Assembly (NCBI GenBank): GCA_963707505.1 | Contig: CAVPQB010000006.1 | Span: 96,001-160,000, forward strand | Reading direction: 5' to 3' | Length of the DNA: 64,000 nucleotides | From: an uncultured Gemmatimonadales bacterium | Lineage (GTDB): Bacteria > Gemmatimonadota > Gemmatimonadetes > Gemmatimonadales > Gemmatimonadaceae | Shown: positions 11,988 to 21,370 of the stretch, piece by piece | Layout: each line of letters begins with the position of its first letter | Numbering within the stretch: the first letter of the stretch is position 1 | Position numbers and translations under genes: made by a program | Notes under the pieces: model-generated | What the model was told of the DNA's origin: nothing | The model's database searches: none | Seen by the model: only the letters and a program-made list of their open reading frames with translations

Positions 11988-13073
11988 TCAGCGCGTGTGT
12001 CGAAACCCCTGACACAACACCGCGGACGCACCTTCGGCCTGACAGTGACTGCTGGATGCGGATGTCTCACGCTTTCCATACGAGCCCGAGTAAGATGACG
12101 CTCCGCTCGCGTACACTTGCCGGTCGGCCGTCCCCCATCTTGCGCGCGTCCCACGCACGTCTATGTGCGCAAATGGCCCACTGGGCCCCATCTCTCGATA
12201 CAGCCCAAGGCCACCCGCGAGATCGGGATGAGCCAACTCCACACGATCGACCGCTGCTTCGATCACGCGTACGTCGCCTGCATCGACGCGGCCGTCATGG
12301 TTGAGGTCGTCCATACGGCCGTCCCCGTCGGAATCGATTATCATGTCGACAGCATCGCCATACTGATGCCGGCTCTCGCGTGCGCGGCCGCTCGCATCGC
12401 CGAGCGCAAAATTGTATGACGGCGTCCGGAATCCTGATAGCACTCGCACGTGCTCAGTGGAAACGCCGTGCATCTCCAGATCTGCGAGCACCAGCTCGAC
12501 CTTGTCGAGCAACGCCTCACGCAACACGATGTATTTCGGAAACGGCGTACCATCATGCGTTACGAAGTCGCCGAGCGTGAAGTGATCCGAGACTGGAGTG
12601 CCAGCATTCGCCGCCGTCACTTCGACGAAGCCAGCCGGATTCTCATACGCATCCGATTGCACTGCGTGCAGTTCCGCAGGCCAGAATCCCACGCGATAGT
12701 CGTCGATGTATTCGCCGCGCTTCGCGTCGAACGGAATGACACCGATGAACGCGAATGGATGTCCGCCAACTCCCTCCGGAATCGCGTACACTCCGCTCGG
12801 CGCACTCCCCGCTGCAAGGAGATGGATGCGGACGCGCCCACTCGCACCGGTGCTCGTGTCGCCGCGCTCGGCCGGCGGAACTGCCGCCAGTCCGGTCGAA
12901 GGCGCTGGCGTGGTCGGATCGCTCGCCGCAATCCTCACCCGCGCAGGCTTCGCGCTCACTACGTTCCGAGCATGCGATCCTGCGCCGCGCGCAAATGCGG
13001 GGATCGCCACTGCGCCCAGCAACAGGCACAACGCGGCGGCCCCCATCGCGTGAACGCGGGGAATCGATGACAT
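11988..13073 (-). CDS. Peptidase M15A-like (D-Ala-D-Ala carboxypeptidase fold) secreted protein
   Basis: SGFRTPSYN, SRHQYGDAVD, FAHIDVRG zinc motifs; signal peptide; EF-hand-like DLNHDGRVD. Confidence 0.75.
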   Translation of the reverse strand: MSSIPRVHAMGAAALCLLLGAVAIPAFARGAGSHARNVVSAKPARVRIAASDPTTPAPSTGLAAVPPAERGDTSTGASGRVRIHLLAAGSAPSGVYAIPEGVGGHPFAFIGVIPFDAKRGEYIDDYRVGFWPAELHAVQSDAYENPAGFVEVTAANAGTPVSDHFTLGDFVTHDGTPFPKYIVLREALLDKVELVLADLEMHGVSTEHVRVLSGFRTPSYNFALGDASGRARESRHQYGDAVDMIIDSDGDGRMDDLNHDGRVDAGDVRVIEAAVDRVELAHPDLAGGLGLYREMGPSGPFAHIDVRGTRARWGTADRQVYASGASSYSGSYGKRETSASSSHCQAEGASAVLCQGFRHTR

Positions 13074-13094
13074 GCCTCGAGTATCGGCACCTGA

Positions 13095-14162
13095 TCAGCC
13101 ATCGAGGGCGAATGCATGGCGGACGGTGCGGAGAACCGAGCGCGTGACGTCGCTGGCACGCTCGGTACCCTCCCGCAGGACCTCGCGGACGTAGGCGCGG
13201 TCGCCCGCGAGTGCTGCGCGGCGTTCACGCATCGGGGCAATTACCTGCTCCAGCACGTCGCTGAGGCGCCGCTTGAGCGGCGCATCACCAAGCCCGCCGC
13301 GTTGATAGCGGGCCTTGAGCTCTGCGACCGCGGCCACGTCGGGGTCGAAGGCGTCGAGGTAAGCGAAAACGACGTTGCCGTCGACGTTGCCGGGATCGCT
13401 GGCCCGGAGGTGTCCGGGGTCGGTGTACATCGCCTGCACCAGCCGGCGGATTTCGTCGGAGGAGGCGCCGAGCGGGACGGCGTTTCCGAGCGACTTGCTC
13501 GCCTTCCGGCCGTCGACGCCCGGCAGTCGCGGCGTCGCCGAGAGCAGCGCGCGGCACTCCGGAAGGATCGATACTCCGCCGAGGCGATTCACCCGGCGCG
13601 CGATCTCGTTGGTCTGCTCGATCATCGGGAGCTGGTCGTCGCCGACCGGAACGAGCGTGGCGCGGAACCCGGTGATGTCCGCCGCCTGGCTCACCGGGTA
13701 GCACAGGAAGCCGGCGGGGATGTCGCGGGCGAAGCCGCGCAGCTCGATTTCAGCCTTCACGGTCGGATTGCGCTCCAGACGCGCGACCGTGACCAGATTG
13801 AGGTACAGCACCGTCAGCTCGGCGAGCGCCGGCAACCGCGACTGTACGGCGATGGTAGTGAGGGCCGGGTCGATGCCAGCGGCGAGGTAGTCGAGTGCCA
13901 CCTCTTCGACGTGCGCGGCGACGTGCGCCGGCCCTCCGCCGGCTGCGCGATTGCTCGCGTCGGTGAGCGCCTGAAGATCGGCGATGAGCAACGTCTGGAC
14001 ACAGCGGCCCTGGAGGGCGATACGTGTCGAGAGCGACCCGGCGTAGTGGCCAAGGTGGAGCGCGCCAGTCGGACGGTCCCCCGTAAGGACAACGTCTTCG
14101 GGACGCAGCGCGTCGGAGGATTGGACAGGCGTGGTGGCACAAGCTTCGGCATGGACGAACAT
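13095..14162 (-). CDS. trpS: Tryptophan--tRNA ligase
   Basis: [33 protein letters not shown] (KMSKS variant); SD GAGGAG 6 nt before ATG at 14162. Confidence 0.95.
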   Translation of the reverse strand: MFVHAEACATTPVQSSDALRPEDVVLTGDRPTGALHLGHYAGSLSTRIALQGRCVQTLLIADLQALTDASNRAAGGGPAHVAAHVEEVALDYLAAGIDPALTTIAVQSRLPALAELTVLYLNLVTVARLERNPTVKAEIELRGFARDIPAGFLCYPVSQAADITGFRATLVPVGDDQLPMIEQTNEIARRVNRLGGVSILPECRALLSATPRLPGVDGRKASKSLGNAVPLGASSDEIRRLVQAMYTDPGHLRASDPGNVDGNVVFAYLDAFDPDVAAVAELKARYQRGGLGDAPLKRRLSDVLEQVIAPMRERRAALAGDRAYVREVLREGTERASDVTRSVLRTVRHAFALDG

Positions 14163-14243
14163 GGACAACTCCTCACAGAGGGCGAGAGGTAGCCGCGATG
14201 CCGAGCGAGCTGCAGCGCCGCGATGTGCGGCCGGAAACAGCAG

Positions 14244-14267
14244 GGGTCGCTCGATATCGAGCGACCC
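14244..14267 (-). terminator. Attenuator-like hairpin in the trpS leader
   Basis: Perfect 24-bp palindrome gggtcgctcgatatcgagcgaccc followed on the minus strand by CTGCTGTTTCC (weak U tract). Confidence 0.55.
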
Positions 14268-14297
14268 GGGATGTCAGCGCTGGTAAACGGGCACGCG

Positions 14298-14363
14298 CTA
14301 GTGGGCCACTCGGAATGAGTGCCACCACCAAGCCGTGCGCGAGATCACGAGCGGACGCATCAT
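14298..14363 (-). CDS. Trp-rich leader peptide MMRPLVISRTAWWWHSFRVAH
   Basis: Three tandem TGG codons (14322-14330), stop about 135 nt upstream of trpS on the same strand; TATCCT hexamer 6 nt before the ATG. Confidence 0.8.
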   Translation of the reverse strand: MMRPLVISRTAWWWHSFRVAH

Positions 14364-14517
14364 ATGAATAGGATAACGCCGAACCGGAGTAGCGGAAAGT
14401 CTGGCCACGTCGCTCGGCATGAACCCCGCCGAGCGCACGGGGTCTAGCGTCCGTGCGATTTCAGACGTATAGCTCCGGAGCAGAGTTCGCCCGCTTTCCG
14501 CCCCCAACGAGACGACC

Positions 14518-16677
14518 ATGCATCGTTCCGCCCCACTCGCGACCGCCATCCTCCTCGCCGCCGTCGCCGGAGCATCCGGCGCCCAGCAATCCCCTAATGG
14601 TAAACGGGCGTTTACACCGACCGACTACTATAAGGTTACCAATCTCGCGGCCCCGGAAATATCACCGGACGGCAAGCTGGTCGCGTTTACCGTGACGACG
14701 GTCAAGGAGAAGGACAACAAGCGGCACTCCGAAGTCTGGGTGGTGCCAACCACGAGCGGCGCGCCAACGCGCTACACATCGTCTGGCTTCGAGAGCAGCA
14801 ACCCGCACTTCTCGCCCGATGGCAAGTATCTCTTCTTCACCTCTCGCCGCCCTGAAGGAAAGGGTGCACGCTGGGCCCTCCGCATGGATGTCCCCGGCGG
14901 CGAGGCATTCCAGATGGACGACTACCCAAACTCGACCTCCGTCTCGGCAGATCACCGCGTCGGTGTCTGGGCCGACACGGTCGATGCACCGGCACGCGAC
15001 ACCAGCAAGCGCGCGGCGGGTCCGTACGGGGCGATGGGCAAGTTGTCGCGCCCGCCATTCGACGCGATAACAAAGCCAATCGACGCCAAGCGCTTCGATG
15101 GGATGCAGTTCACCGACATGCGATTCAAGAGCAACGATGCCGGCTTCGTCGCCAGCCGCAGCGAGCCGCACAGTTATCCCGCGTCGCAGATCTGGATTCA
15201 GTCGTACGACGGCACACCGAAGAAGATGTTGACGAACACGGCGTACTCGCATCGCGACGTCGTCATATCGCCGGATGGGAAGTCGGTCGCGTTCACCGCT
15301 GATGCGGAGCTGCGTCCCGACTCCGTTGTCGAAGCGGAGCGCGATTCACTTGCAAAGCTGCCATACGATGCAGTGCGTGACGAGCGCACGCGTGATGACG
15401 TCGACGTCTTCGTTGTCCCCAGTGATGGCAGCGGCGCACCGCGGCGCGTAACGCGCTTCGCCGGAATGAAGCGCTCGCTCCAGTGGTCACCCGATTCCAG
15501 GTCGATATCGTTCACAAGTGCACCGTCGCGCGTGACGTCACAGCGCATCTACGTTGCCAACGTCACGGATGGCAATCCGCAGAACGTGCTGGGCGACTTC
15601 AAGTACGAGCCGCAGCAGTATCAGTGGACTCCGAAGGGCGACATCATAATGAGCGCCTCGGTCGGCGGCCGTGCTGCGCTCTTCACTGTGAATCCGAAGA
15701 CGAAAACACCGAAGGAGATCCTTGGCGGCCGTCGCGCATTGCGCGGATGGGACATCAACCCACAGCACGGTCAGATTGCGTTCATCGCGACCGACATGAC
15801 CCATCCTACCGAGCTGTTCATCGCAGACGCAAGCGGCGCCCAGGAGCGGAAGCTCACTGCGTTCAATGACAAACTGAACTCCGAGATCGCATTCGCTGAC
15901 GGCGAGCGATTCACCTACAATTCCGTCGGTGGCCTCGAGATCGAAGGGTGGCTGATGAAGCCATACGGCTATCAGGCTGGAAAGAAGTATCCGCTCGTCC
16001 TCTACATCCACGGTGGCCCGCACTCGCAGTACGACGAAGGATGGTTCGACGAATTTCAGAATCTCGCCGGCGCAGGAATGATGGTGTTGTTCACGAACCC
16101 GCGCGGATCGTCCGGCTACGGCGCGGACTTCACGTACTCCACGCGCGGCCGCTGGGGCGCGGAAGATTACACCGATCTGATGAAGGCAGTCGACATTGCC
16201 GCCGTGCGACCCGACGTCGACTCGACACGCATGGGCGTCACGGGCGGCTCTTATGGCGGATACATGACTGCATGGATCGAAACGAAAACCGATCGCTTCA
16301 AGGCCGCACAGACGGATCGCATGATCAGCGACTGGACCTACTGGTACGGAGCAAGCGACGCTCAGGGCCTGACCGAATTTGAATTCTATGGCAAGCCGTG
16401 GGACAATTTCGCGATGTACGATTCACTCTCGCCGATCCGCCACGTAACCAGCGTCCGTACGCCGACGCTGCTGGTGCAGAGCGAGAACGACTTCCGCGCA
16501 CCGATGGGCGACGCCGAGTTGTGGTATCTTGCTCTCAAGAAGCAGGGAGTTCCGGCTGAGTTCGTGCGATATCCACGGTCGACGCACGAGCTGTCGCGTT
16601 CAGGTGAGCCCTGGCTCCTGGTAGACAGACTCGGCCGCATCCGCCAGTGGTTCTCGCACTGGCTCAGGTCCACATGA
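14518..16677 (+). CDS. S9 family peptidase (acylaminoacyl/prolyl oligopeptidase-like), secreted
   Basis: Signal peptide, PD40-like SPDG repeats, IHGGPH, NPRGSSGYG, catalytic GGSYGG, Asp (ENDFR) and His (STHEL). Confidence 0.92.
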   Translation: MHRSAPLATAILLAAVAGASGAQQSPNGKRAFTPTDYYKVTNLAAPEISPDGKLVAFTVTTVKEKDNKRHSEVWVVPTTSGAPTRYTSSGFESSNPHFSPDGKYLFFTSRRPEGKGARWALRMDVPGGEAFQMDDYPNSTSVSADHRVGVWADTVDAPARDTSKRAAGPYGAMGKLSRPPFDAITKPIDAKRFDGMQFTDMRFKSNDAGFVASRSEPHSYPASQIWIQSYDGTPKKMLTNTAYSHRDVVISPDGKSVAFTADAELRPDSVVEAERDSLAKLPYDAVRDERTRDDVDVFVVPSDGSGAPRRVTRFAGMKRSLQWSPDSRSISFTSAPSRVTSQRIYVANVTDGNPQNVLGDFKYEPQQYQWTPKGDIIMSASVGGRAALFTVNPKTKTPKEILGGRRALRGWDINPQHGQIAFIATDMTHPTELFIADASGAQERKLTAFNDKLNSEIAFADGERFTYNSVGGLEIEGWLMKPYGYQAGKKYPLVLYIHGGPHSQYDEGWFDEFQNLAGAGMMVLFTNPRGSSGYGADFTYSTRGRWGAEDYTDLMKAVDIAAVRPDVDSTRMGVTGGSYGGYMTAWIETKTDRFKAAQTDRMISDWTYWYGASDAQGLTEFEFYGKPWDNFAMYDSLSPIRHVTSVRTPTLLVQSENDFRAPMGDAELWYLALKKQGVPAEFVRYPRSTHELSRSGEPWLLVDRLGRIRQWFSHWLRST

Positions 16678-17840
16678 AAATACGCATTGGTATTGCCGCA
16701 CTGTCGCTCGCACTGGTCGGTGCGAGCGCCCCCCAGTCTCGCACGATGTATCTCGATAATGGCCTCGCGCTGACGCCACCGATGGGGTGGAACAGCTGGA
16801 ACCATTTCGGCTGCAACGTGAGCGAGTCGTTGATTCGGGAGACTGCTGATTCGATGGCAGCGAACGGGATGCGTGATGCCGGATACAAGTACGTTGTGAT
16901 CGACGATTGCTGGCAGGTGGCACGCGCCGCGGACGGAACCATCATTGCGGACTCCACGCGCTTCCCGCATGGCATCGCGGCGCTCGCCGACTACGTCCAC
17001 AGCAAGGGACTCAAATTCGGCATCTACACGGACGCAGGAACGAAAACCTGTCAGGGACGACCGGGCACCTACGGACATGAAGTGCAGGATGCACGCACGT
17101 ATGCCGCGTGGCACGTCGATTACGTCAAGGAAGACTGGTGCAACGCAACCGGACTCGATGCGCCGACACAGTATGCAAAGTTCCGCGACGCGCTCGCGCA
17201 GTCCGGCCGCAAGATCGTTTTCAGCATCTGCGAATGGGGGCACAATCAGCCGTGGGGCTGGGCTCCGGGCGCAGGCAATCTCTGGCGCACGACCGAGGAC
17301 ATCGAGGACAAGTGGCCGTCGATGCTCACCAATCTCGACATCTCCGCGCAACATTCCGCGATCGCTCGTCCGGGCGCGTGGAACGATCCAGACATGCTCG
17401 AAGTCGGCAACGGCGGAATGACCGACGGTGAGTATCGCGCGCACTTCAGCATGTGGGCGATCATGGCTGCGCCGTTGCTGGCTGGCAATGATGTACGCAC
17501 GATGTCAGCCGCGACAAAAACCATTCTGTTGAACCCGGAAGTCATCGCCGTCGATCAGGACTCGCTTGGCGCGCAGGGCGTGATAGTCTGGGAGCCGACA
17601 CCGGAGCTTCAGGTGTGGTCCAAACGTCTGCACGACGGTTCGATCGCAGTTGCGCTTCTCAATCGCTCTACAGCACCCGCAAAGATCTCCGCCAACTTCT
17701 GGCGCGCCGGTCTGCATGTGAGCTCAGCCAGGGTCCGCGACCTGTGGGCACACGCGGACCTTGGAACTTTCAAGAGCGAGTACGCGACGACCGTCGCCGC
17801 GCACGGCGTCGTCATGATACGCGTCACACCGACTACTTAG
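16674..17840 (+). CDS. Alpha-galactosidase, GH27
   Basis: TPPMGWNSWN, IDDCWQ, YVKEDWC, WRTTEDI, WNDPDML; ATGA overlap with the S9 gene. Confidence 0.93.
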   Translation: MKIRIGIAALSLALVGASAPQSRTMYLDNGLALTPPMGWNSWNHFGCNVSESLIRETADSMAANGMRDAGYKYVVIDDCWQVARAADGTIIADSTRFPHGIAALADYVHSKGLKFGIYTDAGTKTCQGRPGTYGHEVQDARTYAAWHVDYVKEDWCNATGLDAPTQYAKFRDALAQSGRKIVFSICEWGHNQPWGWAPGAGNLWRTTEDIEDKWPSMLTNLDISAQHSAIARPGAWNDPDMLEVGNGGMTDGEYRAHFSMWAIMAAPLLAGNDVRTMSAATKTILLNPEVIAVDQDSLGAQGVIVWEPTPELQVWSKRLHDGSIAVALLNRSTAPAKISANFWRAGLHVSSARVRDLWAHADLGTFKSEYATTVAAHGVVMIRVTPTT

Positions 17841-17845
17841 TAGCG

Positions 17846-18571
17846 CTACGACATCAACCTGAAGTCGTCTTCCACTCGCCGGATGATGCTCGTCGGCGAA
17901 TTGCAATTTGGAAACAGCAGCGCGTCGCTCACCGAAGTCAGTGCGATGCGCATCACGCGAAAGCGATCGGCAGCGAGCGCGTAGAAGTCACTTATCCCCG
18001 CCTCCTGTGCGAGTCTGTGATTCGCGGCGAGCTCGTAGCCACGCCTGCCCATCGATTCGTAATACTCGAGATCCGGCCCGCCCTTCCGCCAGCGTCGCTC
18101 CTCGATGTGATCCGGAAAGACACCACTGACCCAGAGCGCGTAATTACCAAGATGCTCGCGCGCCAGAAAGCTCCGCTTGGGATCTGAGCTGTCAGCTGCC
18201 TCAAGGATGGCGCCGAGCGTGTCGTACGTTTCGTCATCGAAGCGGCTGATGCGTTGTGCGCGGTCCCGCACGCCGAACTCCATGAAGAGCGATGCGAGGA
18301 AGTCCGCCAGAACGCGGTCGCGCTCACCGATGCGAGTGAGCGCATGGCGCATCACCACATACGTCAGAAGCGCATAGGATGCGATGACACCGCGATCCGT
18401 TCTGAGTAAGCCAATCAGCAACCGCGGGTCGTCGAGCAGAACATCGACGCCATCGCGCGCGAGCCGCCGCTCGCCTTCTTCGAGGTCTGAAATGCGACCC
18501 GAAGCGATTACGTGAAGCGCGAGCTGAGCATCGTCCCGCGTGAGTGAAGCGCGAACATTGGGTTTGACCAT
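17846..18571 (-). CDS. Hypothetical protein
   Basis: Clean ORF MVKPNVRASLTRDDAQL with SD GGAGG; segments HLGNYALWVSGVFPD and YYESMGRRGY look conserved. Confidence 0.7.
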   Translation of the reverse strand: MVKPNVRASLTRDDAQLALHVIASGRISDLEEGERRLARDGVDVLLDDPRLLIGLLRTDRGVIASYALLTYVVMRHALTRIGERDRVLADFLASLFMEFGVRDRAQRISRFDDETYDTLGAILEAADSSDPKRSFLAREHLGNYALWVSGVFPDHIEERRWRKGGPDLEYYESMGRRGYELAANHRLAQEAGISDFYALAADRFRVMRIALTSVSDALLFPNCNSPTSIIRRVEDDFRLMS

Positions 18572-18790
18572 TGCGCGTACCCTCCGGCTGAGGCCTGTAC
18601 AGGAGTCTCGACACCTCGACCGCGTACTCGAAGCTCGTCGCCCTGTCGCGGTTCGATCCTTCGTAAGCATGAACGCTTCGACCGGCGACCGGGTAAGGCG
18701 CTATTTATTGACTCCGTAGCTGGCAAGCGAAAGGCGCGTTGTGTAGTTTTACAGCATGGACGTCAATTTCTGCTGTATTTGCTGCCAGCC

Positions 18791-18994
18791 ATGACTACCG
18801 TGAAACGAGCACGCAAGACATTGGATATAGACCCCACGCTCCTGGAAGATGTTCGCGTCAGGCTCGGGGTCCGTACCGAGCGCGAGGCCGTGACGCGCGC
18901 GCTCGAGCAGATGCAGCGACAGCTGCACATGGCGGATCTCATTCACGAATTTCACGGTATCGGCCGCTTTGACGTCACTCGCATCGAAGACTGA
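18791..18994 (+). CDS. vapB: VapB-like antitoxin (RHH type)
   Basis: RKTLDIDPTLLE..LG..TEREAVTRAL pattern; overlaps the PIN gene. Confidence 0.7.
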   Translation: MTTVKRARKTLDIDPTLLEDVRVRLGVRTEREAVTRALEQMQRQLHMADLIHEFHGIGRFDVTRIED

Positions 18995-19415
18995 GACACG
19001 ATCGTTCGTACTCGATACCAACATTTACGTGGACATCGAGGGCGATGCGAAGTTCGATGCTGCGGGTAGAGTGTTTGTTGCTCGAAATGCCGTAGTCGTC
19101 AGCAGCGTCGTCGTCGCGGAATTGCTTCTGGCGATCGACTCCGCAAGCAGAGTTCGCCTGCTTGTCAATCTGCGGCGTCAGGTTGAGATAGCCGGCGCGC
19201 TCACCCCAAACGCGTCCGACTGGGAAACGGCTGCACTCGCGTGGACGCGCATGGCGCCGCGTACCAGCCAGCGTAGATCCTTCTGGAACGATCTACTGCT
19301 GGCGGCGAGCTGTGCACGCACCGGCAGTACACTCATTACGAGCAGTGTGTCGGACTTCGCGCGAATCGCGAAGCATATTCCGGTGAGACACGAGCGGCTG
19401 TGGAGGGGCGGGTAG
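18969..19415 (+). CDS. vapC: PIN-domain VapC toxin
   Basis: VLDTNIY, SSVVVAELL, NDLLLAASC, LITS..DF motifs. Confidence 0.85.
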   Translation: MTSLASKTETRSFVLDTNIYVDIEGDAKFDAAGRVFVARNAVVVSSVVVAELLLAIDSASRVRLLVNLRRQVEIAGALTPNASDWETAALAWTRMAPRTSQRRSFWNDLLLAASCARTGSTLITSSVSDFARIAKHIPVRHERLWRGG

Positions 19416-19416
19416 A

Positions 19417-20934
19417 TCAGAAGGCGAAAGGAACGTTTCGGGCCAGATACGATCCACCCGTGTGATTGCTGAATTCGACGCCGTTCATGCCATTTACGTC
19501 TACAACATGCACCCCGAAGTCACTTCGCGTCCCATCGTAGAGCGGCGACGTGGTGAAGGTCGTGACAGTGCGCCACAGAGGATCAGATTCCCGTATCGCG
19601 GCGAAGTCCCAATACTGAACTACGTACGGGCCAGGTTGGTTAAGGAGCTCGCTGGCGAAATTGAGTGCTTCACTCTGCACAATGTACCGTCCGTTGCCAT
19701 CCGGCACGACGATACTGTCAACAGCAGTCGGTCTTCCCGCTATCTCAGTCTGAAAAGTCCAAACACGGTACGTACCCGGAAGCAGCTGGCGTCCACAGCG
19801 ACTGAATCTCGATACGTCGGTCAACGTCCCACCGCGTTGCATCGTGACCAATGCTTCGACTCCATTCATGTTGAATTGCGTGATCGCGTCGGACTTGAAG
19901 AGGTTGGGGATGTTGTCGACAAGGTATGTCTGAATGGGATAATCGACTCTGTCGCCCGTCCTCATGCCAACAGTCGGCCCGGGCTGCTGATTGCCATCGG
20001 CATAGTCCGTAAGTCCAACGCGCAAGCTCGACTGGCCGTCTATGTGAACTCCCGCAAGCGGCCATGTGGCGCATGCGCTGTCGCTGTACGTGTATCGATC
20101 GGCGTAGGTGTTGTACTCGGTGATGTAGCTCAACGCCGATCCCGGTGTGTACACCCGGTTGAAGCCGAAGACGATGCGAACTCCTACCGTCTGGTCCTCA
20201 GTGACCTTCACACGAAACCGTACTCCGGTGATATCGGATGTCCCCGCCGGAAAGACGGCCATGAACCCGCCGAGGCCGTATCGGCTGCCGATCACAGTAA
20301 GCTCAACGGGAGCGGACGTAACGCTGCCCTCGGCGTTGGCTACTGTGACCGTTATCACGGACCCGCTGTCTGCGATGAAAGCCGATGGGATCGAGTAGTT
20401 GCTCGATGTAGCGCTGGCGATCGGTACGTCATTGCTTTTCCACTGATACTTGAACGGTGCGGTCCCGCTCACCGCAACATTGAACGACGCCGGTTGACCA
20501 GCTTGCGTCTCCGCCGGTTGCGGCTGCGTAACGATGGTCGGGGACACCGCAGGGACGTCCACGGCAAGTAGCACGTTGGCAGAGGAGATAGTACCTGCGG
20601 AGTTGCTGATGCTGACCGAAAAATGTGAGCCGCTATCCGACGCGACAGTTGGCGCGGTCGTATAACTACTCGATGTCGCGCTCGGAATCGCGACACCGTT
20701 TCTTTGCCATTGATAGGCGAGCGGCGACGAACCGGACGCGACAACTGCGAATGTTGCGGATTGGCCGACCGTTACTATTACCGGCTGAGGTTGCGTCTGG
20801 ATCGACGGTGACGTTACGGTTGGAGCGCCCGGACTTGTTGGTGAGCTATTGTCAGTGCGACCACCGCCGCCACATGAGAGCACGATCAGCGCTATGACAG
20901 ACGTGTAACCGAACGCAACCCCGCGATCATGCAT
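19417..20934 (-). CDS. Ig-like domain lipoprotein with unknown C-terminal domain
   Basis: Lipobox-like IVLSCGGGG; two I-set-like repeats (TQPQP..F.V..SG..P..YQW..N...I..AT..Y....DSGS). Confidence 0.75.
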   Translation of the reverse strand: MHDRGVAFGYTSVIALIVLSCGGGGRTDNSSPTSPGAPTVTSPSIQTQPQPVIVTVGQSATFAVVASGSSPLAYQWQRNGVAIPSATSSSYTTAPTVASDSGSHFSVSISNSAGTISSANVLLAVDVPAVSPTIVTQPQPAETQAGQPASFNVAVSGTAPFKYQWKSNDVPIASATSSNYSIPSAFIADSGSVITVTVANAEGSVTSAPVELTVIGSRYGLGGFMAVFPAGTSDITGVRFRVKVTEDQTVGVRIVFGFNRVYTPGSALSYITEYNTYADRYTYSDSACATWPLAGVHIDGQSSLRVGLTDYADGNQQPGPTVGMRTGDRVDYPIQTYLVDNIPNLFKSDAITQFNMNGVEALVTMQRGGTLTDVSRFSRCGRQLLPGTYRVWTFQTEIAGRPTAVDSIVVPDGNGRYIVQSEALNFASELLNQPGPYVVQYWDFAAIRESDPLWRTVTTFTTSPLYDGTRSDFGVHVVDVNGMNGVEFSNHTGGSYLARNVPFAF

Positions 20935-20993
20935 ACTCTGCCTACAAGCGATCGATCCGGGGCTCGCGTCCGTAGTCATCTCTTTCGCCACGA

Positions 20994-21308
20994 CTACTCT
21001 GACTTCCGGCTTTCGACCGTCGACGCACTGGGAACGTGCGCATTGACGATCAGCTTCGCCGGTTGCGGGCACGCTGCTTCCAGGACTTGCCGTAGCGCGC
21101 TCAGGGCGTCTCCAACCCGTTTGCCAAATGGCCCGAATTCGCTGACGATTGCGATTGCGCGGTCAAGGTAAGGCTTAATGCGCCGATAGACTTCGCAAAC
21201 GTTGATCGCGGCGTCAGCCGGCGGCAGCGCGTTTTCGATTTCCGCGACACAGTGGTCAAAGTTCGCCGCTTGCGCGCCTGTGATGGTGAAAAGTTCGGAT
21301 TGTGTCAT
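20994..21308 (-). CDS. Small hypothetical protein (104 aa), amphipathic helices flanked by Cys
   Basis: Strong SD AGGAGG before ATG 21308; MTQSELFTITGAQAANF..VCEVYRRIKPYL..LEAACP. Confidence 0.7.
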   Translation of the reverse strand: MTQSELFTITGAQAANFDHCVAEIENALPPADAAINVCEVYRRIKPYLDRAIAIVSEFGPFGKRVGDALSALRQVLEAACPQPAKLIVNAHVPSASTVESRKSE

Positions 21309-21370
21309 CGATACCTCCTGTCTTTGATTGAATGTGTTGGACGAATGATCGATTGTCGCATGCTGCTTAC

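Noticed and set aside
8588..14192. Long antisense ORFs (e.g. 8588-10012, 10124-11005, 13116-14192)
   Set aside because: Shadows of real genes in GC-rich DNA; no recognisable motifs or initiation signals
14298..14549. 83-aa ORF as listed in the track
   Set aside because: Only the last 21 codons are plausible (leader peptide); the rest spans the promoter region and overlaps the divergent S9 gene start
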